Virus record (IMG/VR): IMGVR_UViG_3300013102_000002
Coordinates: 96,001-160,000 of that record
Source: a virus
Length of the DNA: 64,000 nucleotides
Reading direction: 5' to 3' (one strand)
Shown here: positions 30,175 through 41,746 of the stretch, in pieces
Position numbering within the stretch: the first letter of the stretch is position 1
How the letters are laid out: the number at the start of each line of letters is the position of its first letter
Translations under genes and position numbers: made by a program
Notes under the pieces: generated by a model
What the model saw: only the letters and a program-made list of their open reading frames with translations
Told to the model about the DNA's origin: nothing
Databases searched by the model: none

Positions 30175-30789
30175 GTGAACATTATTAAAATTGCAGGGAT
30201 TAGTATTAATCTGAAGAATCGTGAAAAGTGGGTTGCAATTATTGGTTCTAGAAACGCCACAACAGATGAACTTAAAACAGCATTTAATTTTTCATTCAAC
30301 CTTGCTTCTCAAGGATACATAATTGTTTCAGGACTTGCCAAAGGAATTGATGCTGCTGCACACAAAGGGGCAATTGCAGCAAAAGGAAAAACAGTAGCAT
30401 TGGTGAATGCACCAATCGAACAAGATATTTATCCTTGGCAGAATAGAAGTCTTGCCGAACAAATTAAGCAATTTGGATGTATCATTCATCCGTTCACTGG
30501 TAAGGCAACAGAGGACAATGAAAAGGGCTTGAGCCAATTTTCTAAGCGTCTGATCGAACGAGATAGACTTCTGGCAAGACTGTGTCCCAAAGTCGTTACA
30601 GTTAAGAATGAGGGAGTTATTGATGGCGGTACACGATATGGTATGACTTATGGCAAACAGTATGATCAAGATGTTTATCGTTATGATAACCAGATGACGC
30701 TACACAAAAACCCCGAAGTCAAAGAGGGTAAGATTTGGTGGAATATGGAGTTAGATATTGAAGGTTTGATTGACGAATATTTCTCATAA
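30175..30789 (+). CDS. DprA/SMF-like SLOG (Rossmann) protein
   Basis: VAIIGSR, IVSGLAKGIDAAAH.GA, RDR. Confidence 0.85.
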   Translation: MNIIKIAGISINLKNREKWVAIIGSRNATTDELKTAFNFSFNLASQGYIIVSGLAKGIDAAAHKGAIAAKGKTVALVNAPIEQDIYPWQNRSLAEQIKQFGCIIHPFTGKATEDNEKGLSQFSKRLIERDRLLARLCPKVVTVKNEGVIDGGTRYGMTYGKQYDQDVYRYDNQMTLHKNPEVKEGKIWWNMELDIEGLIDEYFS

Positions 30790-30867
30790 AATTGGGCTTT
30801 CATCAGAAAATAAGTTGAGTAAAACAGAGCAATTAAGAGTATTTAAGAGATACTGGGAGGTTCTATT

Positions 30868-31290
30868 TTGAATAATTTAAGTCAGGCTATTTGCATAGCT
30901 ACAACAGCTCATACTGGTCAATTTGATAAAGGTGGTAATCCTTATATCCTTCATCCATTAAGAATTATGCTGAAAATGGATTCCAATGAAGAAAGAATAG
31001 TTGCCGTTCTTCATGATGTAATTGAAGATACTAATGTTTTAATTAGCGAATTAAGAAAAGTTTTCTTTGATGAAATTGCAAATGCCATTCTAGCACTAAC
31101 AAGAAATCATAATGAATCCTATATAGACTTTATTAGACGTTGTAAACAAAATGATTTGGCCCGTAAAGTTAAAATTGCTGATATTGAAGACAATATGGAT
31201 TTGAGTCGGATTGATAATCCAACAGAAGAGGATTATAAGCGAGTTAAAAAATACGAAAAGGCGTGGAGGGAATTGAATAAAAATGACTAA
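30868..31290 (+). CDS. Small HD-domain protein, (p)ppGpp-hydrolase / Mesh1-like
   Basis: AH.GQ.DKGG.PYILHP, AVLHDVIEDT, VKIAD..DN. Confidence 0.85.
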   Translation: MNNLSQAICIATTAHTGQFDKGGNPYILHPLRIMLKMDSNEERIVAVLHDVIEDTNVLISELRKVFFDEIANAILALTRNHNESYIDFIRRCKQNDLARKVKIADIEDNMDLSRIDNPTEEDYKRVKKYEKAWRELNKND

Positions 31291-31576
31291 CAGACTATTG
31301 GCAATCGGATTTATTGTGGTTAGTGCACTAACATTAAGTGGATGCAAAAACGATGTTAAAACTGTTTATAATCAAACATACATAGAAACGGTTAGTACGC
31401 AAAAAGGTGATGTCATGATCTTCAAAAACGAAGAAGGGTTTAAATACGGTTATATATTAGATCCGAGTGATTCTTTTAAGGTTTCAAAAAATAAAGTATA
31501 TGATTTACAGGTGTCAGTTGAAACGTTGTTTACTTCATATGGAGGATTCATAAAAGGCGTTGATGAAAATAAATAA
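31283..31576 (+). CDS. Lipoprotein
   Basis: Signal peptide with LSGC lipobox. Confidence 0.7.
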   Translation: MTNRLLAIGFIVVSALTLSGCKNDVKTVYNQTYIETVSTQKGDVMIFKNEEGFKYGYILDPSDSFKVSKNKVYDLQVSVETLFTSYGGFIKGVDENK

Positions 31577-32526
31577 TGATAAAAATCAAAATATTAAAAG
31601 GAGTAAAAATAATGAAAAAGATAAGTAAATTAAAGAAACAATCTCAGAACAATGTATATAACTTTCCACCCAAAACAGATTTAGAATTTCGTATACATAT
31701 GAAGACTAATTCCCAAGGCAATAAAATAATCATCTGCTTTGAGTTACCTAATGGAGAGCAGCATATTAGAAATTATGGCGATATTCCTTCACATAATTTA
31801 TTAATTCCATTCGAATCACAATTATTTGAGCTTTATCTTGATGAAGGATATCAAGGAAAATACAAATTGCTCACGGCAACTCGTGACGCATTTACGTATG
31901 ATAAGGTAGAATAGACATATAAACATCATGATCAACTTAGGCCGTCTAATTATAGGCGGTCATTTTGAGTAAATAAATTTAAAGTGCTTGCTTTTAATGA
32001 ATAAATATATTAAAATAATAAGTGTAAAGAAGATGTGATTAGTGATAAGCAGCAGGAAAATACATATGATTTGTGGAATATTATAATGGTGGAGGAGATT
32101 TAATTTATGAAAACAACACGAAGAAAAGCAAGAGATTTTAAAATTGGCGAAGAAGTAATTCATCGTAGTCATGGTAAGGGAACTGTGTTCTCGTATGATC
32201 GGGTTTACGAAGATGATATCTATATTGATTTTGATGTGCAACCTGTTGGATGGGATAAAATTCTGTGTGTGACAGCGAATTTATTAAAAAAAGTCGGTGA
32301 ATAAGGGTTGCTAAAATCAAAAAAATATCCCAGTTTTGATGAAGCCATTCAGAATTTAGAGAAGTCAGGTGAATTAAAATTCTTTGGTCGTGAAGGTGTA
32401 ATGGCAGATGGGTATGTGTATCAGTATTGGAGTAATGGGATAATGCAAGTGATTGTGGTTTATACAAATGGAAAACTGGTAGTTGTAGGAGAGTAATTAA
32501 GTGAAACAAAATTAAAAAAAGGAGAT

Positions 32527-33099
32527 TTGATTGGGATTAACAATAGAAAATTTAACGATTATACCGTTGATGGAGATGTGACATATATTCATGTGCTAAA
32601 TAGAAAGAAAGAAAAGTTTGATATACTGATCGATACTGAAGATTTGCAGAAACTGATTGATCTCGATTGTTACTGGCATGTTGCTTTCAATCCAAAAATA
32701 AAAGGATATTATGCACAAGCTTCGGTATATATGGGTATAGTCAACAAGAAGCCAAAATATAAAACGATGTATCTACATAGAGTAATTCTTGACGCGAGTG
32801 AAAATGATGGAAAGTATGTGCACCATAAAAATCATACAAAGACTCTGGATAATAGAAAGGAAAATCTGGCAGCAACAAATAACGAAAATAATTCTAAAGA
32901 CAGAAAAGGTAAAAATGAGAATAACAAATCTGGATACAGAAATGTTTGTTGGTTGAAAAACGAAAAGAAATGGGTTGTACAATTGCAAATTAAAGGCGTT
33001 AATACTCGACTTTCATTTTTCGATGATGTTCATGAAGCAGGAAGATATGCCGAAGAGATGAGGAAGAAATATTACGGAGAGTTTGCTGGGAAAAATTAG
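32527..33099 (+). CDS. HNH endonuclease with AP2 domain
   Basis: LHRVI...VHHKNH..TLDNRKENL; NKSGYRNV.W...KW. Confidence 0.88.
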   Translation: MIGINNRKFNDYTVDGDVTYIHVLNRKKEKFDILIDTEDLQKLIDLDCYWHVAFNPKIKGYYAQASVYMGIVNKKPKYKTMYLHRVILDASENDGKYVHHKNHTKTLDNRKENLAATNNENNSKDRKGKNENNKSGYRNVCWLKNEKKWVVQLQIKGVNTRLSFFDDVHEAGRYAEEMRKKYYGEFAGKN

Positions 33100-33315
33100 T
33101 TGGAATTCATGGGAGGAGGTATAGAAATTGGCCGGAAAATCGATCTACTTCACGGATAAAGAGTTGAAAATGATTAGAGATGCTTTTGATCAATATAACT
33201 ACTCTTTTGAGGGTGATGATCTCACCGATGAAGAGACTGAAGAAAAATATTCTTTGGCAGAAAGTATTCGAAACAAAGTAAAACGATGACCTATTAAAAA
33301 CATTCTTTCATAAAG

Positions 33316-33993
33316 ATGGGGGTGCGAAATTATATGGCAACACATTTCGGAGTAAAGGTACTCAATAGAGAGGGAGAGTTAAAGCTAACCGCTGATAATT
33401 ATGTGAGAAAAATTGATAAAGATAATGTCGTTTCGTCAGATGAAGTAAAACTTAAGTTAGAAAAAGTCATGACTCGATTCAATCTTAATATGAACGACTT
33501 CAAGTCGTTGTCCAGGAAAAAATTTAATGAAGAACTAGATAAGTTCATCAACAAAAATAAATTTTATGAGATCAAAGACCTCAATTCTGTAGCTGGTATT
33601 TATGGACACTATGTAATGGTCTTAGACGAGTATTGTCAAGTTTATATAGGAACTGCTAGTCGTAACGAGGGCATAAAAGCAAGGATACCTCAACATTGGA
33701 GAGAGAAATTATCCTTAGTTCAACTTGACAGGGGCGAATATGGTTCTCTACATATAGATAGTTTTAGAGCTATGGATACCACCAGGATTTTTGTGTGGCG
33801 CGATGATGAATGTACTTTTTTCGAGGATTACACGTTTAACGAGCTTTGCGAAGGTAAATTAGTTGCCCAATTTCCTATAGATTATTGCTTGAATTCAGTC
33901 ATGAATAATATACCAAAAGAGTTTTTCCATAAGAGAATGAGAGATCGGGATTTAAGGGATTTAAGGGTATATGGCAAGAATCATAAAGCGTAG
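33316..33993 (+). CDS. GIY-YIG nuclease-family protein
   Basis: GIY...VMVLDEY.QVYIG...I..RI.QHW. Confidence 0.7.
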   Translation: MGVRNYMATHFGVKVLNREGELKLTADNYVRKIDKDNVVSSDEVKLKLEKVMTRFNLNMNDFKSLSRKKFNEELDKFINKNKFYEIKDLNSVAGIYGHYVMVLDEYCQVYIGTASRNEGIKARIPQHWREKLSLVQLDRGEYGSLHIDSFRAMDTTRIFVWRDDECTFFEDYTFNELCEGKLVAQFPIDYCLNSVMNNIPKEFFHKRMRDRDLRDLRVYGKNHKA

Positions 33994-34463
33994 TCATTAG
34001 CTAGATATGATCAAGGAACCATGAGGTTATGAAATGTGAATTTTACGGGGAGTGATATATGTGGGTTTAAGACCGAAAGAAGATCAGAGAATTAAGTTTT
34101 GTCAATTTGGTACAGCAGAAATTCGCATTGGCACAGTAAAGCGTATTCTAAGACCGGAGTTTTATCGTCACTTAAAGAGAGTGCAGTATCTTGTTGAATG
34201 TGACGGTGAACAACTACATATAGAACCACATGAAATGATTGAGTATGTATCCAAATGAAATATGACTTTCACGAAGAAATGGAAGGAGAAATATAATGAT
34301 TGAAATTACAAAGGAAGAATACGACATTATTAAAAGAATTCTAATTGATGGAACAGGTGATGCTATAGTGAATATAACCGATGGATCAAGAAGAGCTGTA
34401 ATTATTATGGAAGATGCTTTTGAAGAAAATTAAACTTAACTAGAGAGGAGAGGAAGATACACA

Positions 34464-34742
34464 ATGCCAAATAAGAAACTAAGAATCGCACACTTTCCAC
34501 AAATCGGAGCAAAAGCATTCGAAGTAGAAGTGAGCAATCTACAAGAGGCCAGATTGCTCTATAACACGCTTGCAGATTATGACTTGTTCCAATACCATAA
34601 TCAAATCAAACCTGACTATGCCAATGCTACAGTCGTTCAGGAGTGGCTTGAGGAAGAGGGTGAATGGATTAGTTGGTCAGATGATAAAACAGGGATTGAT
34701 GATATTAATGAGTATTTTGAATATTTAGAAGAGGTGAAATGA
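34464..34742 (+). CDS. P22 gp17-like (superinfection-exclusion related) protein
   Basis: LRI.H.PQI....F.VEV.....LADYDLFQY...IKPDY.N. Confidence 0.65.
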   Translation: MPNKKLRIAHFPQIGAKAFEVEVSNLQEARLLYNTLADYDLFQYHNQIKPDYANATVVQEWLEEEGEWISWSDDKTGIDDINEYFEYLEEVK

Positions 34743-37576
34743 AAATGGCTGATAGATATTATTCGACATTGATTATGCATTATGTACCAGATGAAGTATT
34801 GGAAAAGTATGGTGTGAAAAGAACACATAAGCAATTTCGTATCGTATGTAAGGCAAAATCAAGAGCCGCCGCCGAGAGATATGTCAAAGAAGTATTGGAC
34901 ATTAATGGTGGAAAAGTTTTTGATCCTAACTATACTTCTGAAACAGGTAACAAAGAAGCGATTGACGCTGCCGACAAATTCACAGGAGCAATATCACTAG
35001 GTAATATGGGATCGGTTTATCATGACATGAAAGAAATACACAGAGAGATCGAAGAATTCAGAAACATGAAGAATTGACAACTAGAAAACCCGCATAGAAT
35101 AAGGGTTTTTTGATACATAAATCATGATAAAAGTGGCATTTCATGAGAAGGGGAGAAATGAGCGTATGACAACAATTTATGTCGTTACATATTGTGCTCC
35201 TTGGGCAGAGTATAATACCCAAAGGTCAAATACGAAGGCGTTTTATGATAAAGAAGAAGCTCAAGAATATATTAACCAAGAACTAAATAAAAAACATGAA
35301 AGTGGTCATGATGAATATTTTAAAGGTATGAATGGTGATTATGAAATTGATGAAATTGAACTGATTTAATTGATTTAGATAATATTGGAAAGAAGGGATA
35401 TTAATGAGCGTAATTACTACATACGATGAAAAAAGAGACAGACTCAGAGACGAACTTACGGATTGTCTAAAATTGGCTAAAGAGTTACTCGATGAGGACA
35501 TTTGGGGATACGATGAGATGAAAGATGATTATGCTATGAATGTTTATACGGCAGTAAAAAAGGCTAGAGATGCTGTGTAAAACACCGAATACATAAATGG
35601 GGTGATAAAATGAATGAGGTAGAACTAACAGAATTTATAAAGAATAACCTTTCAATTGAGATTGAAGAGGACTACATATCCTATAGCGGGTCTGGCATCA
35701 GAGTGAATTTGGTCTTGAATGGTGAAAGGATTTCCACAGACTATATTGTTACCAACCAAGATTAGAATAATTACAAATATTTGATAAAGAAGAGGAGAGA
35801 TGTTTATGTTTATGATGTTTATCTATGTTAATGGTACAGCACATAATAGTATGGGTATTCGCGGAGAATTGGATGAATTATACTTAATTGCAGAACAAGA
35901 AACAAAAAAGTTGTTTAAGACTAATCCACATGCCGAGATTTCAACAAAGATTACAAAATATATTTAAGATAAATCATACATTTCAACATGAAAAAGGAGA
36001 TTGATAAAAATGGATATCAAAAACACTTTTAAGGTTGCTCAAGAAATTGCCGCACTCTCTACTAAATACGAGAATGAAGACATCGGCGATAATGAACAAG
36101 CAGAGATTCTTAACAAGAAATTTATTGATGAACTAGATATGTTGCACAGCAAACTCTTACAATTAAGTATGTACGCCACAGATAAACTACTTAATAAAAC
36201 AGCAGTCAACACTAAAACTTATGAGCAACTGTCTTCATATTCTAACTTGAGTGTTTATTACATCTATGAAAACGAAGGACTTGCTCTTGTTGAAGATACA
36301 GGGATGGGTTTACATCTTGTTCCGTTGGACATTCTAAGGTTCGAAGATTAATATCTTGATTAAATTTTCTTTTGATTAAGAAAAGAAGAAAGGAGGATTC
36401 GTATGAAATATCTGTTAATCGAAAATTTAATGGGTGGATGCGCCTGGATTCTGAAGGAGTACCTAGATGAATTAGAGCTTCATGAAGTTTACAAGTTTAT
36501 GAATTCGGGAACATTTTCATCTGGAGATATTCAAAAATATATCGTTACTGAAGAAGATTTTAATAGGGAAATTGAGTCTGGAACGTTGCAGTATTTGTGA
36601 GTTGCTTATAAAATCTTTCTTTCAACAGGAATATTTTACCGCAAGCTACTTTGTGATAAATAAAGTATTATGGTGGGGTAAAATAATCCAATTTGAACGG
36701 AGAGATTTATTATGGATGATAAGACAGCAAAGATTCAACTGACTACATATAACCAATTTGGGGAATTTAGTTTTTATGTTGATCGTAAACAGATCCAGGA
36801 TTATTTAGACAGTAAGCTATCTAAAATAGAAGTCGATCAGTTTCTTGATATGTGTACGCTTAAGGATACTAGAATGCTATTTGATTGGATTAAAGAGAGT
36901 TCAGTAAAGAAAGTAGAATAGTTAAAATTGAAATTAAAAAGGATGAGATAATAATGACAGATAGAGTAAAGGGTTTATATGTGGTTCTGGATAATGATTA
37001 TAGAGATGATGATGTTCAAGAAATTATCAATGCAATTAAAATGATTAAAGGAGTTCAAGATGTTACAAATAGTATTGTTGATGGAGACGACTGGATGAAT
37101 CGTTCGAGAATTGGTTTTGAATTTCAAAGTAAAATACTTGATGTGCTGAAAGATTTGAAATAACTTAAAGAAAACTTGATTTGATTAAAAAATAAAGGAG
37201 ATGACTAATTTGATTTCAAAGGAAACATTAGATGAATTATCTGAATTCGAAAAATTTAATGAGTGTTATTATCGACCACTTACTTATAATGGCTATGCTA
37301 CTCTGGCTTGTATGCAATGGTTCGATGAATACGATTGTGATGAAAAACGATTCTTCAGAGATGAAAATGATGACAAATATCGCTTTTCAAACAAGGAAGA
37401 GGGGATTGAGTGGCTGTTTAACAATATCAAAGCTGATAAAATAGATCCTGAATATCAAGAATACAATCATGATCATTTTTACAAATAATGAAGAAACCAA
37501 AAACCCTTATAAACACTGGACTTTTTAATCACTAAAAGCGCATGAAAGCCCGATTTTATCAAGAGAGGAGAATATA

Positions 37577-38434
37577 ATGGATACGGAATACTTGGATAAA
37601 TTAAGCCAAATTATTATAAACGAAGGCTTACGTGACACCTGGAAGACCCAAGAAAGACTGAAGGCATTAAATAAAATACACCCATCTGATACTGTTATTT
37701 ATCACTCGGAAAACATCAGAGGTAAGTGTATTGTGTATTATGGAAGTATTTCCGACCTAGGAAGCATAGGCACATATGAATTTAAGTTGGGGAAGATTAA
37801 GAAAGAAGAAACAATTAGTGGCGTTCTGAAATTGAAGGCGTGGGAAAATCAATTCAATAAAACAATACATAAACAGAAGCCGAATCTAGCAATGATTAAG
37901 GAAGATATTTTGAACTGGACTAAAAAAAGCAAGAACGAAAAACACAAAAAACAATTTCTCAACACTCTAAGTGTTCATTATAAATACACTGGACAAATTA
38001 TTGTTTTCTATAAAGAATTTAATGGAGAAGCAAAAAAAATAAAACCTATCTACAAAATGTTTGAAGACGTTAGCGTAGAAGAGCTATATACATACGCAAA
38101 AACAAAGAGTAAAGAATTTTGGAATCGTGAATTTACTGGCACGATCAAATATGTTAAGACCTTTTGGAACAATCAATTAGGAGTGTACTTCCCGGAATTT
38201 GAAACAATCAGATTTAGCGAATACATGAATGGCACACAATCAAAAGAAAAGATATTCGATACATTAATTCACGAACTTGTTCATTGGCATTTGCACACTT
38301 CCGGGAGTAAATATGCCGATGAAGATTTTGAATTCATCGAAGAATGTTTGCGTGTCGGCTGTGGTTTATCAAATGCTGCTGGAGCGCAAAGAGCTTATAG
38401 AGAGTATTTAAATAGTAAAAATAAGGTTGTGTGA
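37577..38434 (+). CDS. SprT-like zinc metalloprotease domain protein
   Basis: DTLIHELVHW (HEXXH) in C-terminal domain. Confidence 0.75.
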   Translation: MDTEYLDKLSQIIINEGLRDTWKTQERLKALNKIHPSDTVIYHSENIRGKCIVYYGSISDLGSIGTYEFKLGKIKKEETISGVLKLKAWENQFNKTIHKQKPNLAMIKEDILNWTKKSKNEKHKKQFLNTLSVHYKYTGQIIVFYKEFNGEAKKIKPIYKMFEDVSVEELYTYAKTKSKEFWNREFTGTIKYVKTFWNNQLGVYFPEFETIRFSEYMNGTQSKEKIFDTLIHELVHWHLHTSGSKYADEDFEFIEECLRVGCGLSNAAGAQRAYREYLNSKNKVV

Positions 38435-38778
38435 GTAATGGGTGTCTGGGGAGAAATGTTATACCAAGTTAGTACAAAAACGTTAAAGATAAGAGCGCTT
38501 GAACTCAGAGATGAGATTGAAATTAAACCGAAGCGAAAATTGAAGAAAGAGTTAAAGGAAATTCTTGATGAAATTGAATATCAAGAAGGCAGACTGCAAT
38601 ATGCCAATAGGCCATATAGTTTTCCAACTGCAAAATTACCCATTCCTGGAACGGAGCTAATTGAACATGACTTGGATTGTGATTGTGGATGTTGGCTGAA
38701 GATATTTAATAAATAAATATATGTACAATAATAATATAATGTGTTATGATGAACTTGTGAGACAATACATATGAGGAG

Positions 38779-39603
38779 ATGGATATATTAATGATTAAAA
38801 TTGAAGGCAAGAAGCATGAAGAGTTTATTCAAGAATTATGCGATACATATGGTAAGCTTAAGTTTGATCCAGATAATAGCGGACTAAAAAATGATTACGA
38901 AGGTCTTAAGAAGATTATCTTGGAACGGATGAATTCTTATTCTATTGTAGATAGTGTGGAACTTTCTGAACTACTCACTCTAGAAGATATTATTGTTAAT
39001 GGAGATCAGATTGATCAAGTGTTCAATAAACTTAATGAATATTTAGATGAGCACGTTCATTCACCAAAGAATTTGTGCAGCAAGGATAATGCTGTTTTTA
39101 TTCTGATGATGGATAATTCTGGATCTATGGGTTCGTATGAAAGGTATATGGCAAAAGCAATGGTTACTTGGAGCAGACTCTTACTTGGAGACAGATATAA
39201 TAAAGTCAAAATGGAGTATATTGTTCATAATACAAAAGCCGAAAGCGTAAGCGAGGATGCATTTCTAAATAGTACAGAATCTGGAGGAACGATTGCATCA
39301 TCTACTTATGTACGCTGCCTAGAAATAATCAATTCGACTGATTATAAGAATAAAGATATTTATGTTATGCATATATCTGATGGGGATAATCTTACTTCAG
39401 ATAATTCGAGAACTGAGAATTATCTATATGACATTTTAAATAAAGTAAATCAAGTTCATTATGTAGAAACAAATCAATATAATAGAAGCAGTACTTTAAT
39501 GCAAGTCTTTAAGAAGGTTAATAACAATAAGTTTATTAAGTCAACAATTAAAGATAAGAGCGATGTTCTCAAGGCAATTCTTGATGCATATGTAATCGCT
39601 TAG
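38779..39603 (+). CDS. YhbH/DUF444-like vWA domain protein
   Basis: MMDNSGSM MIDAS, ESGGT..SS, H.SDGDNL.SDN. Confidence 0.85.
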   Translation: MDILMIKIEGKKHEEFIQELCDTYGKLKFDPDNSGLKNDYEGLKKIILERMNSYSIVDSVELSELLTLEDIIVNGDQIDQVFNKLNEYLDEHVHSPKNLCSKDNAVFILMMDNSGSMGSYERYMAKAMVTWSRLLLGDRYNKVKMEYIVHNTKAESVSEDAFLNSTESGGTIASSTYVRCLEIINSTDYKNKDIYVMHISDGDNLTSDNSRTENYLYDILNKVNQVHYVETNQYNRSSTLMQVFKKVNNNKFIKSTIKDKSDVLKAILDAYVIA

Positions 39604-39889
39604 TAGATTACATGAAAGTTCTGTTTTATCAAGAAAAAAGGGAGTGGGTATTTGTGGAACATCATGATTGTGAGAGCAATATTTATTATGCTGGGACACC
39701 TGTAAATAAGTGGTTTCTTTTGGTCGAGGGCAGCTCGTGGGATACATATACTGACGGATTTGAAGTAATTAATGTTGAAATCAGTTATTGCCCTCACTGT
39801 GGAGCAAAATTGGAAACGATTAGTGAAGCTGTATAATGAAATCTCAGTTTTATAAGGAATAAAAATAATTATAATAAGGAGAATTAAAA

Positions 39890-40636
39890 ATGACAATTGA
39901 AAAAAGTATTCAGGATGTAATTCAATCTAAACTAGAAGAGGGCTTAGTTGAGAAGTTGGTGGCTGAACAACTTGAAAAAGGTATTACAAAAGCTCTCGAA
40001 AGTTTATTTGGATCATATGGTGATGTTACAAAGATTCTGGAAAAGCAAATTAAATCGGTTATGGTTCCATTTCTTGAAGCTTATGATTATTCAGAATACA
40101 TAGTGAAATTAGATGATGTGCTGGTTGAGGTTCTAAAAAATACAACAATGGAAAATAAATCAATCCTTAATAATTTTAAAGAATTAATGACTATTGATGA
40201 AAAAGTAAAGGAAATTAAACTAACTGATCTATTTACTAAGTGGACAGAATATGTGGCTAAAAATGTTGATACAAGTGATTTGGAAGTTTGCTACGATGAC
40301 GGTGTAAGTTATGAAAATGTCGATGTTCGTTTTAATGTTGATTATAACGAAGATAACAGTTGGAGTAGTTTTGAATACGCCGTGCTAACATTTGAATGTG
40401 AACAAGATGAGGAAATGAATTTTGCAATTAGATTGCATCGATGGAAGAACGGAAGAGATAAGAGTTGGGACATCGACTACGACAAAGTTAACGATTTGAA
40501 GTCACTAAAACATGTCAACCATTTTGAAATACTTTTGATGAAGCTTAAACAGAGTTTTACAAAATTAATAATTGATGAAGATTGTGATTCTGACGAGGTT
40601 CAACCAGAGGCCGAACCAGAGGCATCATTCAGTTAA
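39890..40636 (+). CDS. Conserved acidic phage protein
   Basis: 248-aa ORF, AAGGAG RBS, flanked on both sides by exact palindromes (39836, 40643). Confidence 0.7.
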   Translation: MTIEKSIQDVIQSKLEEGLVEKLVAEQLEKGITKALESLFGSYGDVTKILEKQIKSVMVPFLEAYDYSEYIVKLDDVLVEVLKNTTMENKSILNNFKELMTIDEKVKEIKLTDLFTKWTEYVAKNVDTSDLEVCYDDGVSYENVDVRFNVDYNEDNSWSSFEYAVLTFECEQDEEMNFAIRLHRWKNGRDKSWDIDYDKVNDLKSLKHVNHFEILLMKLKQSFTKLIIDEDCDSDEVQPEAEPEASFS

Positions 40637-40940
40637 GGATTCATGAAACCCTCATTTCATAAGGAATTTAAAAGTAAAAATACATAATTAGTCAAAGGGG
40701 ATAGATATGTTTAACAACAAGCCTAGCTGCTATGAAACAAAAGTTTTTGTTAAAAAGGGTGATTTGTTAATTGCTAATACTTCTGAATTTGATTTAACAG
40801 AAGGACGAATATATATGGTAATCAAAAATCAGGGCGAAGGTACATTTGGGGATTGTTTTTATATTGTTAACGACAAAGAAAATACACAAGATTATTCTGG
40901 AGAATATTTTTGCCATTATGAGGGTGAATTAGTCACATTC

Positions 40941-41028
40941 GACTAACATTTTGTCTATATATAGTATTTATACTTGAGAATATATCTATATATAGACATG
41001 AAAACCACATGAAAGAGGTATTTTATTA
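40941..41028 (-). repeat. Right copy of 88-bp imperfect inverted repeat (partner 13851..13938)
   Basis: Tandem CTATATATAG boxes 31 bp apart, 10-nt linker, then core palindrome 41009-41026. Confidence 0.8.
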
Positions 41029-41746
41029 AAACATGAAAAGGAGTGGATTGATTTGAAAATTATGAATACAGGAAGTCTGGTTTTCGAAGAAATCGGAGCA
41101 AACATTTATGTAATGGGAGCTAACCGATATGGGAAAATAGATAATGCGGTATATTCAAAAGAAGATTTTAAAGACCTAGAAAAAATGGGATATATGATTG
41201 AAATTAGAAAGTAAAAAATAAAAATAATAGGAGAGGTGAAATATAATGCATCAAGAAAGAGTTCAGAAATTTCTACAAAAACTTGATCAACTTACTGAAG
41301 ATTTTGGTATTTATATCGATCTTGATTATAAGAGCAATGTTAAATTAAAAGATTCTGAAACAGATGAAGTGCTCGGAAATGACTTTTGTTTTGCAGAGGA
41401 ACTTGGTTATGAATGTTATTGAATGGAGCGATACATTGTGTCGATAGTTTATTTACCCGATAATTCACTTGAGATTATTACCGACAACCACGATCTAGTC
41501 AAACTTATCAAGCAGCATATGGGATATGAGACCGCTCAACTCGTAGAGGAATTGTCCGAAGCAATCACGGCAGAAGAAGATTACGAAGAAAGACTTGAAG
41601 ATAATCAATTCGCTTTTGATGTGCTCGATGATCATATCGACTTTCTATTGAATGAACTGGAAAGATTAGAGATAAGTGAATCAATAACAAATGTCGTGAA
41701 GAAGATGAAAAGAGTTGTGGAGAGTCAAATGTAAGGAGGTGATAAA

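Larger units (their letters stand above)
31576..41734 (+). other. Array of about 30 small accessory ORFs
   Basis: Co-oriented ORFs, many separated by the 18-bp palindrome. Confidence 0.75.

Noticed and set aside
30175-30789. Competence locus
   Set aside because: Stand-alone SLOG domain without SAM/winged-helix domains or com genes
33948-33967. GGATTTAAG tandem duplication
   Set aside because: Two in-frame 9-nt copies only (RDLRDLR); no wider pattern
35124-39653. Track start codons at 35124 and 39612 (also 19817, 49634, 53919)
   Set aside because: These starts lie in or next to the palindrome and upstream of the real RBS; true starts are further downstream
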